The notes under the pieces are model-generated. The model saw only the letters and a list, made by a program, of their open reading frames with translations, ran no database searches and was not told where the DNA came from. From an uncultured Bacilli bacterium (GTDB taxonomy: Bacteria; Bacillota_I; Bacilli_A; RF39; UBA660), in the NCBI GenBank assembly GCA_934130235.1, contig CAKOXU010000001.1, positions 8,794 through 72,793 of the forward strand: a DNA stretch of 64,000 nt, read 5' to 3'. This document shows, piece after piece, positions 28,743 through 40,177 of the stretch (the first letter of the stretch is position 1; each line of letters begins with the position of its first letter). A program made the translations under genes and the position numbers.

Positions 28743-28767
28743 GATATCATCTCCTTAAAAAAACATA

Positions 28768-28968
28768 CTACTTAATTATTTGACAACTAATATAAAAGTC
28801 ATATAAAAAATTCACTACTAAATATGAAATAGATATACAAACGAGCATATAAATAATTCGTGCTTGAACTATTCTAGAAGGTTTAAAAAATTTATTTATG
28901 TTTAAACCTTCTAATGCCCATATAGTAAATGGTAATAATATTGCATATAAGATTGCTTTAACTGCCAT
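28768..28968 (-). CDS. Hypothetical small two-TM membrane protein
   Basis: ORF only. Overlaps the end of rpiB by 11 nt. Confidence 0.3.
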   Translation of the reverse strand: MAVKAILYAILLPFTIWALEGLNINKFFKPSRIVQARIIYMLVCISISYLVVNFLYDFYISCQIIK

Positions 28969-29395
28969 AATTGTTTATCTTATCTATTCGTCTTTGATGA
29001 CGCTCTACATATTTATATTCAGTAGATAAAAATTTATTTACTATATTTTTCATTTGTTCTATATCTATTTTAGCACTTATAGCAATTACATTTGAATCAT
29101 TATCTAATCTAGTCATTTCAGCTTCATATACATTTGAAACATGTGCACACCTAACATTATGTACCTTATTGCACGCAATTGACATACCTATTCCAGTATT
29201 GCATATAAGAACCCCAAAATCTAGTCGTTTACTTGCTACAGCTTCACCTACTTTAAAAGCAAAGTCTGGATAATCGACTGGAGTACTATCTTTAGTTCCA
29301 TAATCGAGTACTGTATATCCCAATTCATTTAAAAATTTCATTAGTTCTTTTTTTGTTTCTACTCCATGATGATCACTGGCTATTCCTACTATCAT
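28958..29395 (-). CDS. rpiB: Ribose-5-phosphate isomerase B
   Basis: IASDHHGVETKKEL...CNTGIGMSIACNKVHNVRCA. Confidence 0.85.
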   Translation of the reverse strand: MIVGIASDHHGVETKKELMKFLNELGYTVLDYGTKDSTPVDYPDFAFKVGEAVASKRLDFGVLICNTGIGMSIACNKVHNVRCAHVSNVYEAEMTRLDNDSNVIAISAKIDIEQMKNIVNKFLSTEYKYVERHQRRIDKINNYGS

Positions 29396-30989
29396 TATTT
29401 CTCCTCCTTAACTCATTAAACAAATATAAATTTCCCATATAATAATTTAATGCAAGATATATAGCAAAGCTAACAGCACCATATAATAACAAAATAGGAA
29501 TTTGTATTAATCTAGATGTCAAATATGTTGGTATAAATAATTTTAATAACAAAATTATAAATATAAAAACTATCCAAGTTAGTATATAAGAAGGAATTCT
29601 CTTAATAGTATCATTGAAATCAAATTTATATTTATTTTTTAGAACAGAAAGAGATATAATCATTGACACACTATAGCCTATTATAGCTGCATATATAGCT
29701 CCCCAGCTTGGTTCCATACCAAATTTATTTACCAGTAGCATAAACGGTACATCAAGCACTGTATTAATTAAAAGTCCAATTAAAACACTAGTTATTACTA
29801 ACCTATACTTGCTTAAACCTTGTAATGTATTTACAACAACTGAATGAAGTCCTCCAAAAAGTGCGGTAAATACAAAAGCCTTGTATACTATAGGGCCATA
29901 TACACTCTTACCATAAAATAAAGTCCATACAGGCTGTACTAAAAGTGATAAAAATATTGTAGCAGGTACTATTAATAACAATATACATTGAAGTGATGCA
30001 TTAAATTTATTATTAACATCCTTTTTATTACCTGATGTATAACTACTAACTATATTTGGAATTAAGCTTGTAGTAAGACCAGTTGTAATAGCAAGTATAA
30101 TATTATTAAGTTTTATTCCCCATGTTGTAAACACACTTATAACAGATTCTGTTATATTTGCATCTATTTTTAATATATCATTCATAGTCCTTGATACTAA
30201 TATCATATCAACAGTATTATACAAATTATATATTAAACTTATAACAATAAAAGGTACAGAATATATAATTATTTTTCTTATTATTTGTTTTTTTATACCT
30301 TCATCGTCACAACTAACCTTTTTTAAGATATTAGATTTTTTAATTTTTATTCTTAAATATATAAATGCTGCCAATCCACCAATAAAAGCTCCAAAAACAG
30401 CTATTCCAATTGCATTACGCATACCCAAATCAAACACTTTAAGAGCTAAATATGTTCCTAATAATATAACAATAACTCTTACTATTTGCTCTATTAATTG
30501 GCTAATAGTAGTTGGTGTTATATATTTATGTCCCTGTAAAAAACCTTTTGTAACACTTAAAAATGGTACAACTAAAATAGCAAATGAAATAATACGTATA
30601 ACAAATGCTATATCATTAATACTATTTCCTCCTACAGCATTTCCTTTAATTAATCGAGCTATATTTGGAGCAAATAAAAATAATATAACAAACGCTATAA
30701 CAGATATAACAATAATTAATTTAGTTGCTATCTTATATGTATTATATACTGCTGTTGTATTATTTAAAGCTAAATATTCACTAGTTATTTTACTAATTGC
30801 AAATGGAAATCCTGCTGAGGAAATAGCTAAAAATAATTGATATATATTATAACCATACCCGTATAATGCACCACCAGTTTCACCCACTAATGCATTAAAT
30901 GGTATTACATATATTAATCCTATAACTTTTACTAATATAATACCTATTGTAGCAATTACAGCGCCCTCCATAAAAGAATTTTTTTTCAT
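29373..30989 (-). CDS. MOP-superfamily flippase, SpoVB / MurJ-like polysaccharide biosynthesis protein
   Basis: About 14 TM helices, 538 aa, the same size as SpoVB. In a sporulation-gene neighbourhood. Confidence 0.65.
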   Translation of the reverse strand: MKKNSFMEGAVIATIGIILVKVIGLIYVIPFNALVGETGGALYGYGYNIYQLFLAISSAGFPFAISKITSEYLALNNTTAVYNTYKIATKLIIVISVIAFVILFLFAPNIARLIKGNAVGGNSINDIAFVIRIISFAILVVPFLSVTKGFLQGHKYITPTTISQLIEQIVRVIVILLGTYLALKVFDLGMRNAIGIAVFGAFIGGLAAFIYLRIKIKKSNILKKVSCDDEGIKKQIIRKIIIYSVPFIVISLIYNLYNTVDMILVSRTMNDILKIDANITESVISVFTTWGIKLNNIILAITTGLTTSLIPNIVSSYTSGNKKDVNNKFNASLQCILLLIVPATIFLSLLVQPVWTLFYGKSVYGPIVYKAFVFTALFGGLHSVVVNTLQGLSKYRLVITSVLIGLLINTVLDVPFMLLVNKFGMEPSWGAIYAAIIGYSVSMIISLSVLKNKYKFDFNDTIKRIPSYILTWIVFIFIILLLKLFIPTYLTSRLIQIPILLLYGAVSFAIYLALNYYMGNLYLFNELRRRNNDSRNSQ

Positions 30990-31051
30990 ATGACACCTCT
31001 ATTTTTAATTATACTATTTTTTAATAAATTTAACAAGCATTAGAAAATTAA

Positions 31052-31080
31052 TTGTAAAAGATAAATAATTAGGGTATAAT
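31052..31080 (+). promoter_or_regulatory. Sigma-A promoter for the femAB-like gene
   Basis: TTGTAA, N17, TATAAT, 22 nt upstream of the RBS. Confidence 0.55.
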
Positions 31081-31102
31081 AAATAAGGAAAAGAGTGATA
31101 CA

Positions 31103-32284
31103 ATGTATACATTTAAAGAGAATATAAGTCAAAACGAATATGATAAATTTATTGAAAATTATAGTGCAGCACCTATTTTACAAGAATACAATTGGTCTAA
31201 CGTAAAAAATAATTGGAACAATTTTCACGTCGGCTTATACAAAGATGATAAATTAATTGCAGTAGCACTTATATTAGTAAAATCTTTTAAAAGTATTAAA
31301 CTTTTTTATATTCCTCGTGGATATTTAATAGATTTTACAAATAAAAATGATCTAAATGAAATGACAAAGTATATAAAACAATTAGCAATTAAAAACAAAG
31401 CGTTTATGGTTAGAATAGATCCAAATTTTTGTTCAAAGCAATATACTTTTAAAGAAAAAGAGAATATAAATCATTACACTAAAAATTATGAAATAAAAGA
31501 AAAAAATTTAAAAGATTTAGGATACAAAAAAGTATTTAAATCGCTAGAAATAGGAAAAAACTGGCAACCTGAGTTTAATATGTTTGCTCCATGCTGTGAC
31601 AAGGATTTAAATCTTATGAGCATAGAAGAAATATTAAGTACATATAAAAGTAAATTTAAGTATTATATTGGTTCCTTTCACGAAAAAAGGGGTATAACAT
31701 TTGAAATAACTCAAGATAGGTCTAGAATTAAAGATTTTGTAAAATTATTAAAAGATACAGAAAAAAAGCAAAAAATAAGTTTAAGAAACGAAGATTATTT
31801 TGAAACACTTATGAAAAATTACAAAAATGCGTATCTTGTATTTGGATCAATAGATTTAAATAAATATATTAACTTTTTAAAAAATAATAATGGAAAAGAA
31901 GAAGAAATAAATAATGCATTGAGATTACTTAAAGAAAATGGTAATACTATGATTTTATCTGCTTCTCTTATGATTTTACCTTCCAATAAAAAAGGAATTA
32001 GAACAAGTGAATATCTATATGCTGGAAATAGTTTAGAATTAACAAAATTGAGAGTTTCTACTGGTGTAGTATTTGAAATAATAAAATTTTCAAGTAAAAA
32101 CGACTGTCATTATTGTAATTTAGGGGGAATAGATGGAAATCTTAACGATCATTTAACTATATTTAAAGAAAAATTTAATGGTCAAGTATTAGAATTTACC
32201 GGCGAATACGATTTAGTAATAAATAAACTATTATATTTTGTATTTAACAAGGTTTTACCTATATTAAAAAAAATAAAGAAGTAA
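31103..32284 (+). CDS. FemAB-family peptidoglycan aminoacyl-transferase
   Basis: About 393 aa with a two-lobed GNAT-like pattern. LIAVALILVKSFKSIKLFYIPRGY is FemAB-like. Confidence 0.7.
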   Translation: MYTFKENISQNEYDKFIENYSAAPILQEYNWSNVKNNWNNFHVGLYKDDKLIAVALILVKSFKSIKLFYIPRGYLIDFTNKNDLNEMTKYIKQLAIKNKAFMVRIDPNFCSKQYTFKEKENINHYTKNYEIKEKNLKDLGYKKVFKSLEIGKNWQPEFNMFAPCCDKDLNLMSIEEILSTYKSKFKYYIGSFHEKRGITFEITQDRSRIKDFVKLLKDTEKKQKISLRNEDYFETLMKNYKNAYLVFGSIDLNKYINFLKNNNGKEEEINNALRLLKENGNTMILSASLMILPSNKKGIRTSEYLYAGNSLELTKLRVSTGVVFEIIKFSSKNDCHYCNLGGIDGNLNDHLTIFKEKFNGQVLEFTGEYDLVINKLLYFVFNKVLPILKKIKK

Positions 32285-33793
32285 TTACTTCTTTATTTTT
32301 ATTAGTGGCAAATTATACGTATTAGCCATAGTGACAGCCCTTTTATATACATCTATATTACCACTATCAATATAATACATGGCAGCTATTGTTGTTTTAT
32401 ATCCATTAAGCGCTATTCTGTTGCACACTTTAAAATTAACAAATTCTTCTTCCAATTGTTTAGGCGTTTTTAATTTTGATAGATCATTAATAATTACATT
32501 AGGTATTTCCCCATTTTCAGTAATGCTTAATATATTACTATTATAATCACAAATAAAGCCTATTTCATAATTACTATAATCAGTTACTTTATTTATTATA
32601 CTATTAGATAATAGAATAGTTTCTACTTCTTCATCAAGAAATATATTGTTAACGACCAAAAACATAAAATTATCATTATAATTATATTCATATATATTTG
32701 TAATAGATTTATCCCATATTCCATCAACAATTGGTTCCATATAATTGTCTATATCTTTTACATCTAAATTATCAAAACTTCTATTTAAGTAATTAATTAA
32801 GTCTGTTCCTTCTTCATTTAAAACATCCAAATAATTATTTAAAATATAATCAATAGAAACTCTAGCATTTTTTCTACCTGTTTTTTCATATGCAAATTTT
32901 TCTTCTTTTAAATAATCAGATCTTTCTTTAGAAAACAAATTTTCTAAAGATGATATTTTATTGTCTAATTCATTACTATTAGTTAAATATTTATATAATC
33001 TTTTAGCATCATAGATATCGGTATCATCATATTCTAATTTATTGTTAAGATAATAAGCAAAAGATATTAGTTTATTTTGATAAGAACTATTTTCCATTAT
33101 TAAATCTTTTAAATACGTCAATTTTGACTTATAATTAAATATTATTTTTTTTATTTTATTATTATACTCTTTTAAATCAATTTCATTTTTTTTATTTATA
33201 TAATTGCTGTCATACTTTAAAATTAATGAATAAATGTTTCTTAATTTATCTCTTCTTCTTAATTGATTTTCAAACTCCTTATATATGTCAGTAAGATCAA
33301 TATTTGCATATTCTAAAATAACCTCTTTATATGCATTTTCTATTATATCTTTTTCTTTACAAGTAATTTGATTCATATCAAGTTTTTTTTGGTTTCTATC
33401 ATTTATAGTAATAAGCTTATTAACAGAATAAGAAACTGCATCATCTAATTTTTTTAAATCTTTTAGACACTGTCTTAATTCCTTGTTGTGCATATAAGCT
33501 TCATAATCATTTTCAGTTAATAGATTTTCTCTGTTAATATCCATTAAACATTTAACTATAGGTTTAACTAGAGGTTCAAATTCTTCTGGCAAAATATCAA
33601 ATTTATTTATGTCTATAGATACATATATTTTATGATTATCGTTTCTTAGTTTATTATAATTATATACTTTTTTATATTTTTTCCCTAGTGAATCATATAA
33701 ATCTTTAAATTCATCGTCTAAATTCATATTTTCATAATAACTACTTGTATTACTAAAGTTATCAAATTTATTTTTAAATTCATTATTATACAT
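32285..33793 (-). CDS. Hypothetical N/Y/K/D-rich protein (502 aa)
   Basis: Long ORF with no recognisable motif. Occupies the slot where hprT sits in Bacillus. Confidence 0.45.
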   Translation of the reverse strand: MYNNEFKNKFDNFSNTSSYYENMNLDDEFKDLYDSLGKKYKKVYNYNKLRNDNHKIYVSIDINKFDILPEEFEPLVKPIVKCLMDINRENLLTENDYEAYMHNKELRQCLKDLKKLDDAVSYSVNKLITINDRNQKKLDMNQITCKEKDIIENAYKEVILEYANIDLTDIYKEFENQLRRRDKLRNIYSLILKYDSNYINKKNEIDLKEYNNKIKKIIFNYKSKLTYLKDLIMENSSYQNKLISFAYYLNNKLEYDDTDIYDAKRLYKYLTNSNELDNKISSLENLFSKERSDYLKEEKFAYEKTGRKNARVSIDYILNNYLDVLNEEGTDLINYLNRSFDNLDVKDIDNYMEPIVDGIWDKSITNIYEYNYNDNFMFLVVNNIFLDEEVETILLSNSIINKVTDYSNYEIGFICDYNSNILSITENGEIPNVIINDLSKLKTPKQLEEEFVNFKVCNRIALNGYKTTIAAMYYIDSGNIDVYKRAVTMANTYNLPLIKIKK

Positions 33794-33853
33794 AACTCAC
33801 CTTCTTATTCTGTATTAATTTTAACACATAATAAAAAAAAAGAAAAGATATTA

Positions 33854-35869
33854 TTATAATTCCTTTTCTTCTTTATCTTCACTTTGAGCTTCTTTTATTT
33901 TTTTTATTAATTGCTCTTTTGTCATTTTTGAAATGTTCTTAATTCCTTCATCTTTAGCTATTTCTTTTAATTCAACTAATGTTAAATCATCCATACTTGC
34001 TATTGGATAAGATTGATCTATTTCACCATCTTCATCTGGCATACACCCATTTTTTACCAAATAATCTATTTGTTCTTTTGTAATTGTTTCATATTCTAGT
34101 AATGTATTAGCAATCAAATCTAATAAATCCTTATTATCTTCAATAATCTTTTTAGTTTTAGCGTAGCACTCATCAATTATTTTCTTAATGTTTGTATCAA
34201 TCTCAAAAGCTACTTGTGATGAAAAATTACGACTCTTATTATAATCCCTACCTAAAAACACACTTGACTCTTGATGTTCGAATTGAATAGGTCCTAAATC
34301 ACTCATACCATATTCAGTAACCATTGCACGCGCTATTTTAGTAGCCTTTTCAAAGTCATTATGAGCACCTGTTGTTACTTCATTAAACATGAATTCTTCT
34401 GCAACCCTACCGCCTAATAATCCACTAATAGTATCCAATAATTCACCCTTAGTAGATAAGAATGTTTCTTCTTTTGGTAGCATTAAATTATAACCACCAG
34501 CCTGACCACGAGGTATAATAGTAATTTTTTGAACTTCATTAGCACCTTCTAATTTAATTCCTACTACTGCATGGCCTGCTTCATGGTATGCAACTATTTT
34601 CTTTTCTTTCTCAGTATACTTTTTCGTTACTTTAGCAGGACCCATTAAAACTCTATCATGTGCCTCATCTATTTCTGCCATAGTAATTGCTTTTTTATTT
34701 CTTCTAACAGTAAGTAATGCAGCTTCATTAAGTAAGTTCTCCAAATCAGCTCCACTAAATCCAACAGTTCTTTTAGCAATATTTTCTAATTTAACACCTT
34801 TAGCAAAGGTTTTACCTTTAGCATGAACTTCAAGTATTTCTTCTCTTCCCTTAACATCAGGCAAATTAACTGTAATTTGTCTATCAAATCTTCCAGGTCT
34901 AAGCAAAGCAGGGTCCAAAACATCGGGCCTATTCGTAGCAGCTATTACAATAATACCTTCATTTGCTCCAAATCCGTCCATCTCGGTTAATAATTGGTTT
35001 AAAGTTTGTTCACGTTCATCGTGTCCGCCACCTAAACCTGTACCTCTTTGTCTACCAACTGCATCTATTTCATCTATAAATATTAAACAAGGTGCGTTTT
35101 GTTTTGCTTGTCTAAACATATCTCTAACACGAGATGCTCCTACACCTACAAACAACTCAACAAAATCAGAACCACTTATAAAATAAAATGGTACATTAGC
35201 TTCTCCAGCAACAGCCTTAGCAAGCAATGTTTTTCCAGTACCTGGAGGACCAACTAATAAAACACCTTTAGGTATTCTAGCACCCATTTTTTTAAATTTA
35301 GAAGGTTCCTTCAAAAAGTCAATAAGTTCCTGTACTTCTTCTTTTTCTTCAGTAAGACCAGCAACTTTATCAAATTTTACTTTATCATTATCACTATTAA
35401 GTCTTGCTCTACTTCTACCAAAATCCATAGATTTATTATTAGCACCTAGTTGTTTTGATATAAAAATATATCCAACACCCACTATTAATATGATAGGCAA
35501 TACATTTACTAAAAATAATAAAAGATAACTACTACCAGGGTCTTTACTTACAGTAATCTTAAAATCTTGTTTATCCTTTTCTTCGTATATTTTTTTAATA
35601 ACCTCATCAGTAAGTGTTGCTGATGCACTAAAAGTTTCTTTTTCAGCATATCCTTTCAACTTACCAGTAAGATTATATAATCCCTTACTACTATTTTGAG
35701 TTATATTTAACTCAGTAATTTTGTCTGATTCTAATGCATCTATAAACTCACTATAAGTTAAATTATTAACTTTAATATTTAATATATTCATAAAATAAAA
35801 TATACCAACTAAAAGTAATATCAACAATGCATATGAAGTCAAACTACGTTTAACTGTCTTTTTATTCAT
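33854..35869 (-). CDS. ftsH: ATP-dependent zinc metalloprotease FtsH
   Basis: [11 protein letters not shown] motif and the HEAGH zinc site. Confidence 0.95.
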   Translation of the reverse strand: MNKKTVKRSLTSYALLILLLVGIFYFMNILNIKVNNLTYSEFIDALESDKITELNITQNSSKGLYNLTGKLKGYAEKETFSASATLTDEVIKKIYEEKDKQDFKITVSKDPGSSYLLLFLVNVLPIILIVGVGYIFISKQLGANNKSMDFGRSRARLNSDNDKVKFDKVAGLTEEKEEVQELIDFLKEPSKFKKMGARIPKGVLLVGPPGTGKTLLAKAVAGEANVPFYFISGSDFVELFVGVGASRVRDMFRQAKQNAPCLIFIDEIDAVGRQRGTGLGGGHDEREQTLNQLLTEMDGFGANEGIIVIAATNRPDVLDPALLRPGRFDRQITVNLPDVKGREEILEVHAKGKTFAKGVKLENIAKRTVGFSGADLENLLNEAALLTVRRNKKAITMAEIDEAHDRVLMGPAKVTKKYTEKEKKIVAYHEAGHAVVGIKLEGANEVQKITIIPRGQAGGYNLMLPKEETFLSTKGELLDTISGLLGGRVAEEFMFNEVTTGAHNDFEKATKIARAMVTEYGMSDLGPIQFEHQESSVFLGRDYNKSRNFSSQVAFEIDTNIKKIIDECYAKTKKIIEDNKDLLDLIANTLLEYETITKEQIDYLVKNGCMPDEDGEIDQSYPIASMDDLTLVELKEIAKDEGIKNISKMTKEQLIKKIKEAQSEDKEEKEL

Positions 35870-37193
35870 ACTTATCCTCCTTTTTTATGTACTTTAATAT
35901 TATATCATACTTTCCTTTATTTTTTTTATCAAAATTTGATTTTTTTATACCAGGTATCCAAATTATAGTATTGTTATTATCTACAACAATAGGATATAAA
36001 GGCCTTTCCTCAGCTGGGACTTTTGAATCAGTAAAAATATCATTAATTTTTTTGTGTCCACTCATGTTTTTTACCACCATTTTATCATTTTTTCGTCTAT
36101 TTCTAACATAAAGTGGTAAAGACAATTCTTTTGAATTTAAATAAATTGTATAATTAGTTGTGTCAGTATCTTCCTTTTTATAAATTATTTTACCACTATC
36201 TAGTATAATATTTTTATCTAAAATATATTCATACTGTGTAGTATTTATATAATCAAAAACTTTTAGTTTATCATATTCAACTTTTAAAATCTTATTTAAA
36301 GGTAAATTTATCATTGTATTAGTTTTATTTATACTATCAAAAATTAAATCAATATGCTTATTATTTATAGCAATGATATTATCTTTATAAATTTCTTTTA
36401 AATACATTTCTAATAAAGTAATCTTGATTATATTATCAAGACTATTAAATTTAATTATATCTATTTCATTATTTGAAACTACATCATCATAAATTAGCTT
36501 AGTTTGTTTTATAATATATTCATTTGCTTCTAATAATCGATTACTATATTTAATAAACTTTTTATGGACTTGTGGATTCTCTTCTTTTAATTTAGGTAAA
36601 ATATAATTTCTATATCTATTTCTAGTATAATGATTTGATTTATTTGACATATCTATTACATAATGTATATTAAATTGCTTTAAATATTTTAATATATCAG
36701 TCTTTTGCAAAAATATTAATGGTTTTGCGATTTTATAACCTTTATCCATAGATATACATTCAAATCCTGCATATCCTTTTAAAGTAGATCCACGTGTTAA
36801 ACGCATTAAAATAGTCTCCATTAGATCATCTGCATGATGAGCTGTAAACAGAATGTCAGCATTATATTTATTAATTATATTTTTAAAAAAGTCATATCGA
36901 ATTTCACGAGCTTTATCTTCACTAAACTTATTATCCGGATATTTTTCTATTTTCATCATTTCAAAAATTATATTATTATTATCACAGTACTCTTTTACAA
37001 ATAATGCCTCACTATCACTCTCTTGTCTCAAATTATGATGTACATGTGCTGCAACTATTTTTATATTTAATTCTTCACGTAATTGTAATAAAAGATACGA
37101 CAAAAACATAGAATCTGGGCCACCGCTTAATCCTATTACTACCGTTTTATTATCAATATTTAAACTTCTTATAAAGTTAAATACAGTATCCAC
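35862..37193 (-). CDS. tilS: tRNA(Ile)-lysidine synthetase TilS
   Basis: GLSGGPDSM PP-loop. Overlaps the ftsH start by 8 nt. Confidence 0.85.
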   Translation of the reverse strand: MDTVFNFIRSLNIDNKTVVIGLSGGPDSMFLSYLLLQLREELNIKIVAAHVHHNLRQESDSEALFVKEYCDNNNIIFEMMKIEKYPDNKFSEDKAREIRYDFFKNIINKYNADILFTAHHADDLMETILMRLTRGSTLKGYAGFECISMDKGYKIAKPLIFLQKTDILKYLKQFNIHYVIDMSNKSNHYTRNRYRNYILPKLKEENPQVHKKFIKYSNRLLEANEYIIKQTKLIYDDVVSNNEIDIIKFNSLDNIIKITLLEMYLKEIYKDNIIAINNKHIDLIFDSINKTNTMINLPLNKILKVEYDKLKVFDYINTTQYEYILDKNIILDSGKIIYKKEDTDTTNYTIYLNSKELSLPLYVRNRRKNDKMVVKNMSGHKKINDIFTDSKVPAEERPLYPIVVDNNNTIIWIPGIKKSNFDKKNKGKYDIILKYIKKEDKYE

Positions 37194-37261
37194 TTAAATC
37201 ACCTAGACTTATTCTATTATAAATAGTCAAATAAATCAATAATTTTCACAAAAAAAACATA

Positions 37262-37717
37262 TCATTTATGATATGTTTCATTGTTAATAATCTTAAATGA
37301 TCTATATATCTGTTCTAATAACATTACTCTAAACAATTGATGCGGAAAAGTTAATTTTGAAAAAGAAAGTTTATAGTTACAAATATTAACTATACTATCA
37401 GCAATCCCATTAGAACCGCCTATTATAAATGTTATATTTGGATAATTATTAAAAATACCATCTATTTTTTTTGATAACTCAACACTATTAACTTGCTCAC
37501 CATCAATAGATAAGCAAATTATGTAATCTCTTTTATCTATGTATTTTTCTAATTCTTTTGCTTCTTTCTCTTTATTAGTTGCATCATCATACAGATTATA
37601 ATCGTTTACTTCTATTATGCTGAATTTAGTATACTTACTAATTCTTTTACTGTATTCATCTATAGCATCTTTTAAAAACTTTTCTTTTATTTTACCTACA
37701 CATAATACTTTTATCAT
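37262..37717 (-). CDS. rlmH: 23S rRNA (pseudouridine1915-N3)-methyltransferase RlmH (SPOUT)
   Basis: MIKVLCVGKIKEKFLKDAIDEYSKRISKYTKFSIIEV matches the RlmH N-terminus. Confidence 0.8.
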   Translation of the reverse strand: MIKVLCVGKIKEKFLKDAIDEYSKRISKYTKFSIIEVNDYNLYDDATNKEKEAKELEKYIDKRDYIICLSIDGEQVNSVELSKKIDGIFNNYPNITFIIGGSNGIADSIVNICNYKLSFSKLTFPHQLFRVMLLEQIYRSFKIINNETYHK

Positions 37718-38475
37718 ATATTTATTTTCTCCGTTAATTCATTTTGATGCGCTACCAATACTTTATTTAATTTTATATTCTTTTTTGTTAAAGATTTTTT
37801 TAATGCATTAAGCGCTAATTCATCAGTATTGTTTTGTTCACTCAAGTGAGCAAGAATAACACATTTTGTATTATTCCCTATCAATTTTGTTAAATAATAT
37901 GCAGAATCTACATTTGATAAATGTCCCTTATCACTTAATATTCTGATCTTTGTATGATGTGGATAATTAGAATTATTCATCAATTTTTCAACATCGTGAT
38001 TACTTTCAAATACATATACACTTTTATTTTTAATTTTATCAAAATTTTTTTCATTAATATATCCAGTATCAGTAATATATACAACAGAAGAATTGTCTTC
38101 TTCTATTACATATCCTTTAATATCCGTTACATCGTGCGATAATTTTATAGACTTTATACTAATATCAGATTCATAATCAACTATTTCATTACTACTAACA
38201 TTCTCTATTTCTAAATTTGCTTCTTTTAATATTTTATCTGATATATATACAAGTGGATGATATTTCTTAGAAAAAACTTTTAACCCTTTAACATGATCTA
38301 TATGAGCATGAGTAATTAATATAATATCTATATCACTAGGATTAACATTTATACTTCTTAAAGCTTTTTCAACATATAAAGAAGAAGTACCTATGTCTAT
38401 TAAAATATTGTGTTTTTTTGTTTTAACATAGGTACAATTTCCTTTACTTCCACTTGATAATACACATACTATCAT
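37714..38475 (-). CDS. MBL-fold metallo-hydrolase (WalJ/YycJ-like)
   Basis: ILITHAHIDHVKGL HxHxDH motif. Synteny with rlmH and the downstream M23 gene. Confidence 0.75.
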   Translation of the reverse strand: MIVCVLSSGSKGNCTYVKTKKHNILIDIGTSSLYVEKALRSINVNPSDIDIILITHAHIDHVKGLKVFSKKYHPLVYISDKILKEANLEIENVSSNEIVDYESDISIKSIKLSHDVTDIKGYVIEEDNSSVVYITDTGYINEKNFDKIKNKSVYVFESNHDVEKLMNNSNYPHHTKIRILSDKGHLSNVDSAYYLTKLIGNNTKCVILAHLSEQNNTDELALNALKKSLTKKNIKLNKVLVAHQNELTEKINI

Positions 38476-40169
38476 TGATAAAATTTAAGTGGGTTAGTAG
38501 TACAAGCATATCTCTTACAAGTTCGTATTTCATAATGTAAATGTGGACCCGTTGCCCAACCGGATGAACCAACATAACCTATTGTTTGGCCTCTTTCAAC
38601 AGTTGAACCAACTGACAATCCCGGTTTAAATCTAGACATATGAGCATACAATGAATAATAACCATTATTATGATCTATCATAATATAATTACCATATGTG
38701 TTAGTATACTTTCTTTCCACTATAACACCATTATTTGTAGCATACACTGGAGAACCATAACCAGTTCCGGCTATATCTAATCCTGAATGGAAATTACCCT
38801 CTCCAAATACTGAAATTCTATATCCATAATATGAAGAGAAAGTATAGCCACTATTTGTTGGCCATCCCCATGATGCTGTACTACCTACGGTAGCAACATA
38901 CTTAGTTCCAACACTTATAACTTTAGATTGAGCATTTTTAATAGTCTTTTTATCTACAGGATCTACATAGCTAATTGATCCATTAGAATATTTTACATTT
39001 TGAGTTACTCTTTCTAATCCCTTTTCTCCTTCTTGTGCTACAACTACACTTCCTTGTGTTAAATTTGGATCATGTTTTTCAACTGTATTAAAGTTAGTTT
39101 CCTTATCTACAACTTCATGTGTCTCGACAATAACACTTATTTTAGGGTCAACTGTAGAAATTACTACCTCAGTACCTGGTACTAACAGATTATTTTCATC
39201 TTTATATTCAGTATTAAATATTAAAAACTCCTGTGTACTTATTTGATTATCAAAGGCAACTGATTCAATGGAATCACCCTTCTGTACAGTAACTTTCTTT
39301 TCTTCAAACTTTTCACCGTATAATAAATATGCAGACAAATCATTTGAATCAGTATATATTTTTTCTGTAACAGGAATATTAGATGCTTTATATGTTATTT
39401 GTTCATCTATATAAATATTTTCTATTTTTTTACCAGTTGTATCTATTTCCTTTTGAGTATTATTTTTATAAGAATTATAATCTTTTTCATCTACAAATAT
39501 AGTTATCAACTTTTCTATTGCTGAAGAAAACACTTTTGGATCTGTCGTATAAATTATAATATCTTTTTTCCCTTCTTTATTTGCTTTTATATTAAATATA
39601 TATCCAGGTATAGTAAATGTATTATTCGATACTAATTTTTTATACATTTCCTCTACACTTATAGTATTATCATCATATGTATATACTTTTTTTATTTTAG
39701 TTCCATTAGGAGTATAAACATGATCTATTGATAAATATATTTCATTTGAATCAACATACTCTTTTATTTTTTCTATATCAGAATCATTTAATTTATATAA
39801 TTCATACTTCAAATAATCATTTAAAGAAGATATATCGTTTTCATTAAGATTATAAGATTTATAATTATTTAAAAGGTCTCTAGCTATTTTTTCATTATCA
39901 GAATCACTAATCTTGTCTTTCAAATTATTAAAAATATCAATTAAATCAAGTTGAGTTTTATAATTTCTAACATTTGATTTTATATTTTCACCCTGTTTTT
40001 GAATATAATCATTTAATTCTTTTTCGGATTTAACAGTACCTAATAAATCACCCTCAAGATATACTTCATAATACTCATTAGGTCTAGTATTAACATCTGA
40101 TTTAAATCCTAGCAAAAACACAGCTACTGATACTAGTATAACTAAAAATATAGTTCCTATTTTTTTCAT
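38472..40169 (-). CDS. Membrane-anchored M23-family peptidase with a large N-terminal extracellular region
   Basis: C-terminal NFHSGLDIAG...GPHLHYEI contains intact HxxxD and HxH motifs. Confidence 0.8.
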   Translation of the reverse strand: MKKIGTIFLVILVSVAVFLLGFKSDVNTRPNEYYEVYLEGDLLGTVKSEKELNDYIQKQGENIKSNVRNYKTQLDLIDIFNNLKDKISDSDNEKIARDLLNNYKSYNLNENDISSLNDYLKYELYKLNDSDIEKIKEYVDSNEIYLSIDHVYTPNGTKIKKVYTYDDNTISVEEMYKKLVSNNTFTIPGYIFNIKANKEGKKDIIIYTTDPKVFSSAIEKLITIFVDEKDYNSYKNNTQKEIDTTGKKIENIYIDEQITYKASNIPVTEKIYTDSNDLSAYLLYGEKFEEKKVTVQKGDSIESVAFDNQISTQEFLIFNTEYKDENNLLVPGTEVVISTVDPKISVIVETHEVVDKETNFNTVEKHDPNLTQGSVVVAQEGEKGLERVTQNVKYSNGSISYVDPVDKKTIKNAQSKVISVGTKYVATVGSTASWGWPTNSGYTFSSYYGYRISVFGEGNFHSGLDIAGTGYGSPVYATNNGVIVERKYTNTYGNYIMIDHNNGYYSLYAHMSRFKPGLSVGSTVERGQTIGYVGSSGWATGPHLHYEIRTCKRYACTTNPLKFYQ

Positions 40170-40177
40170 ATTTCCTC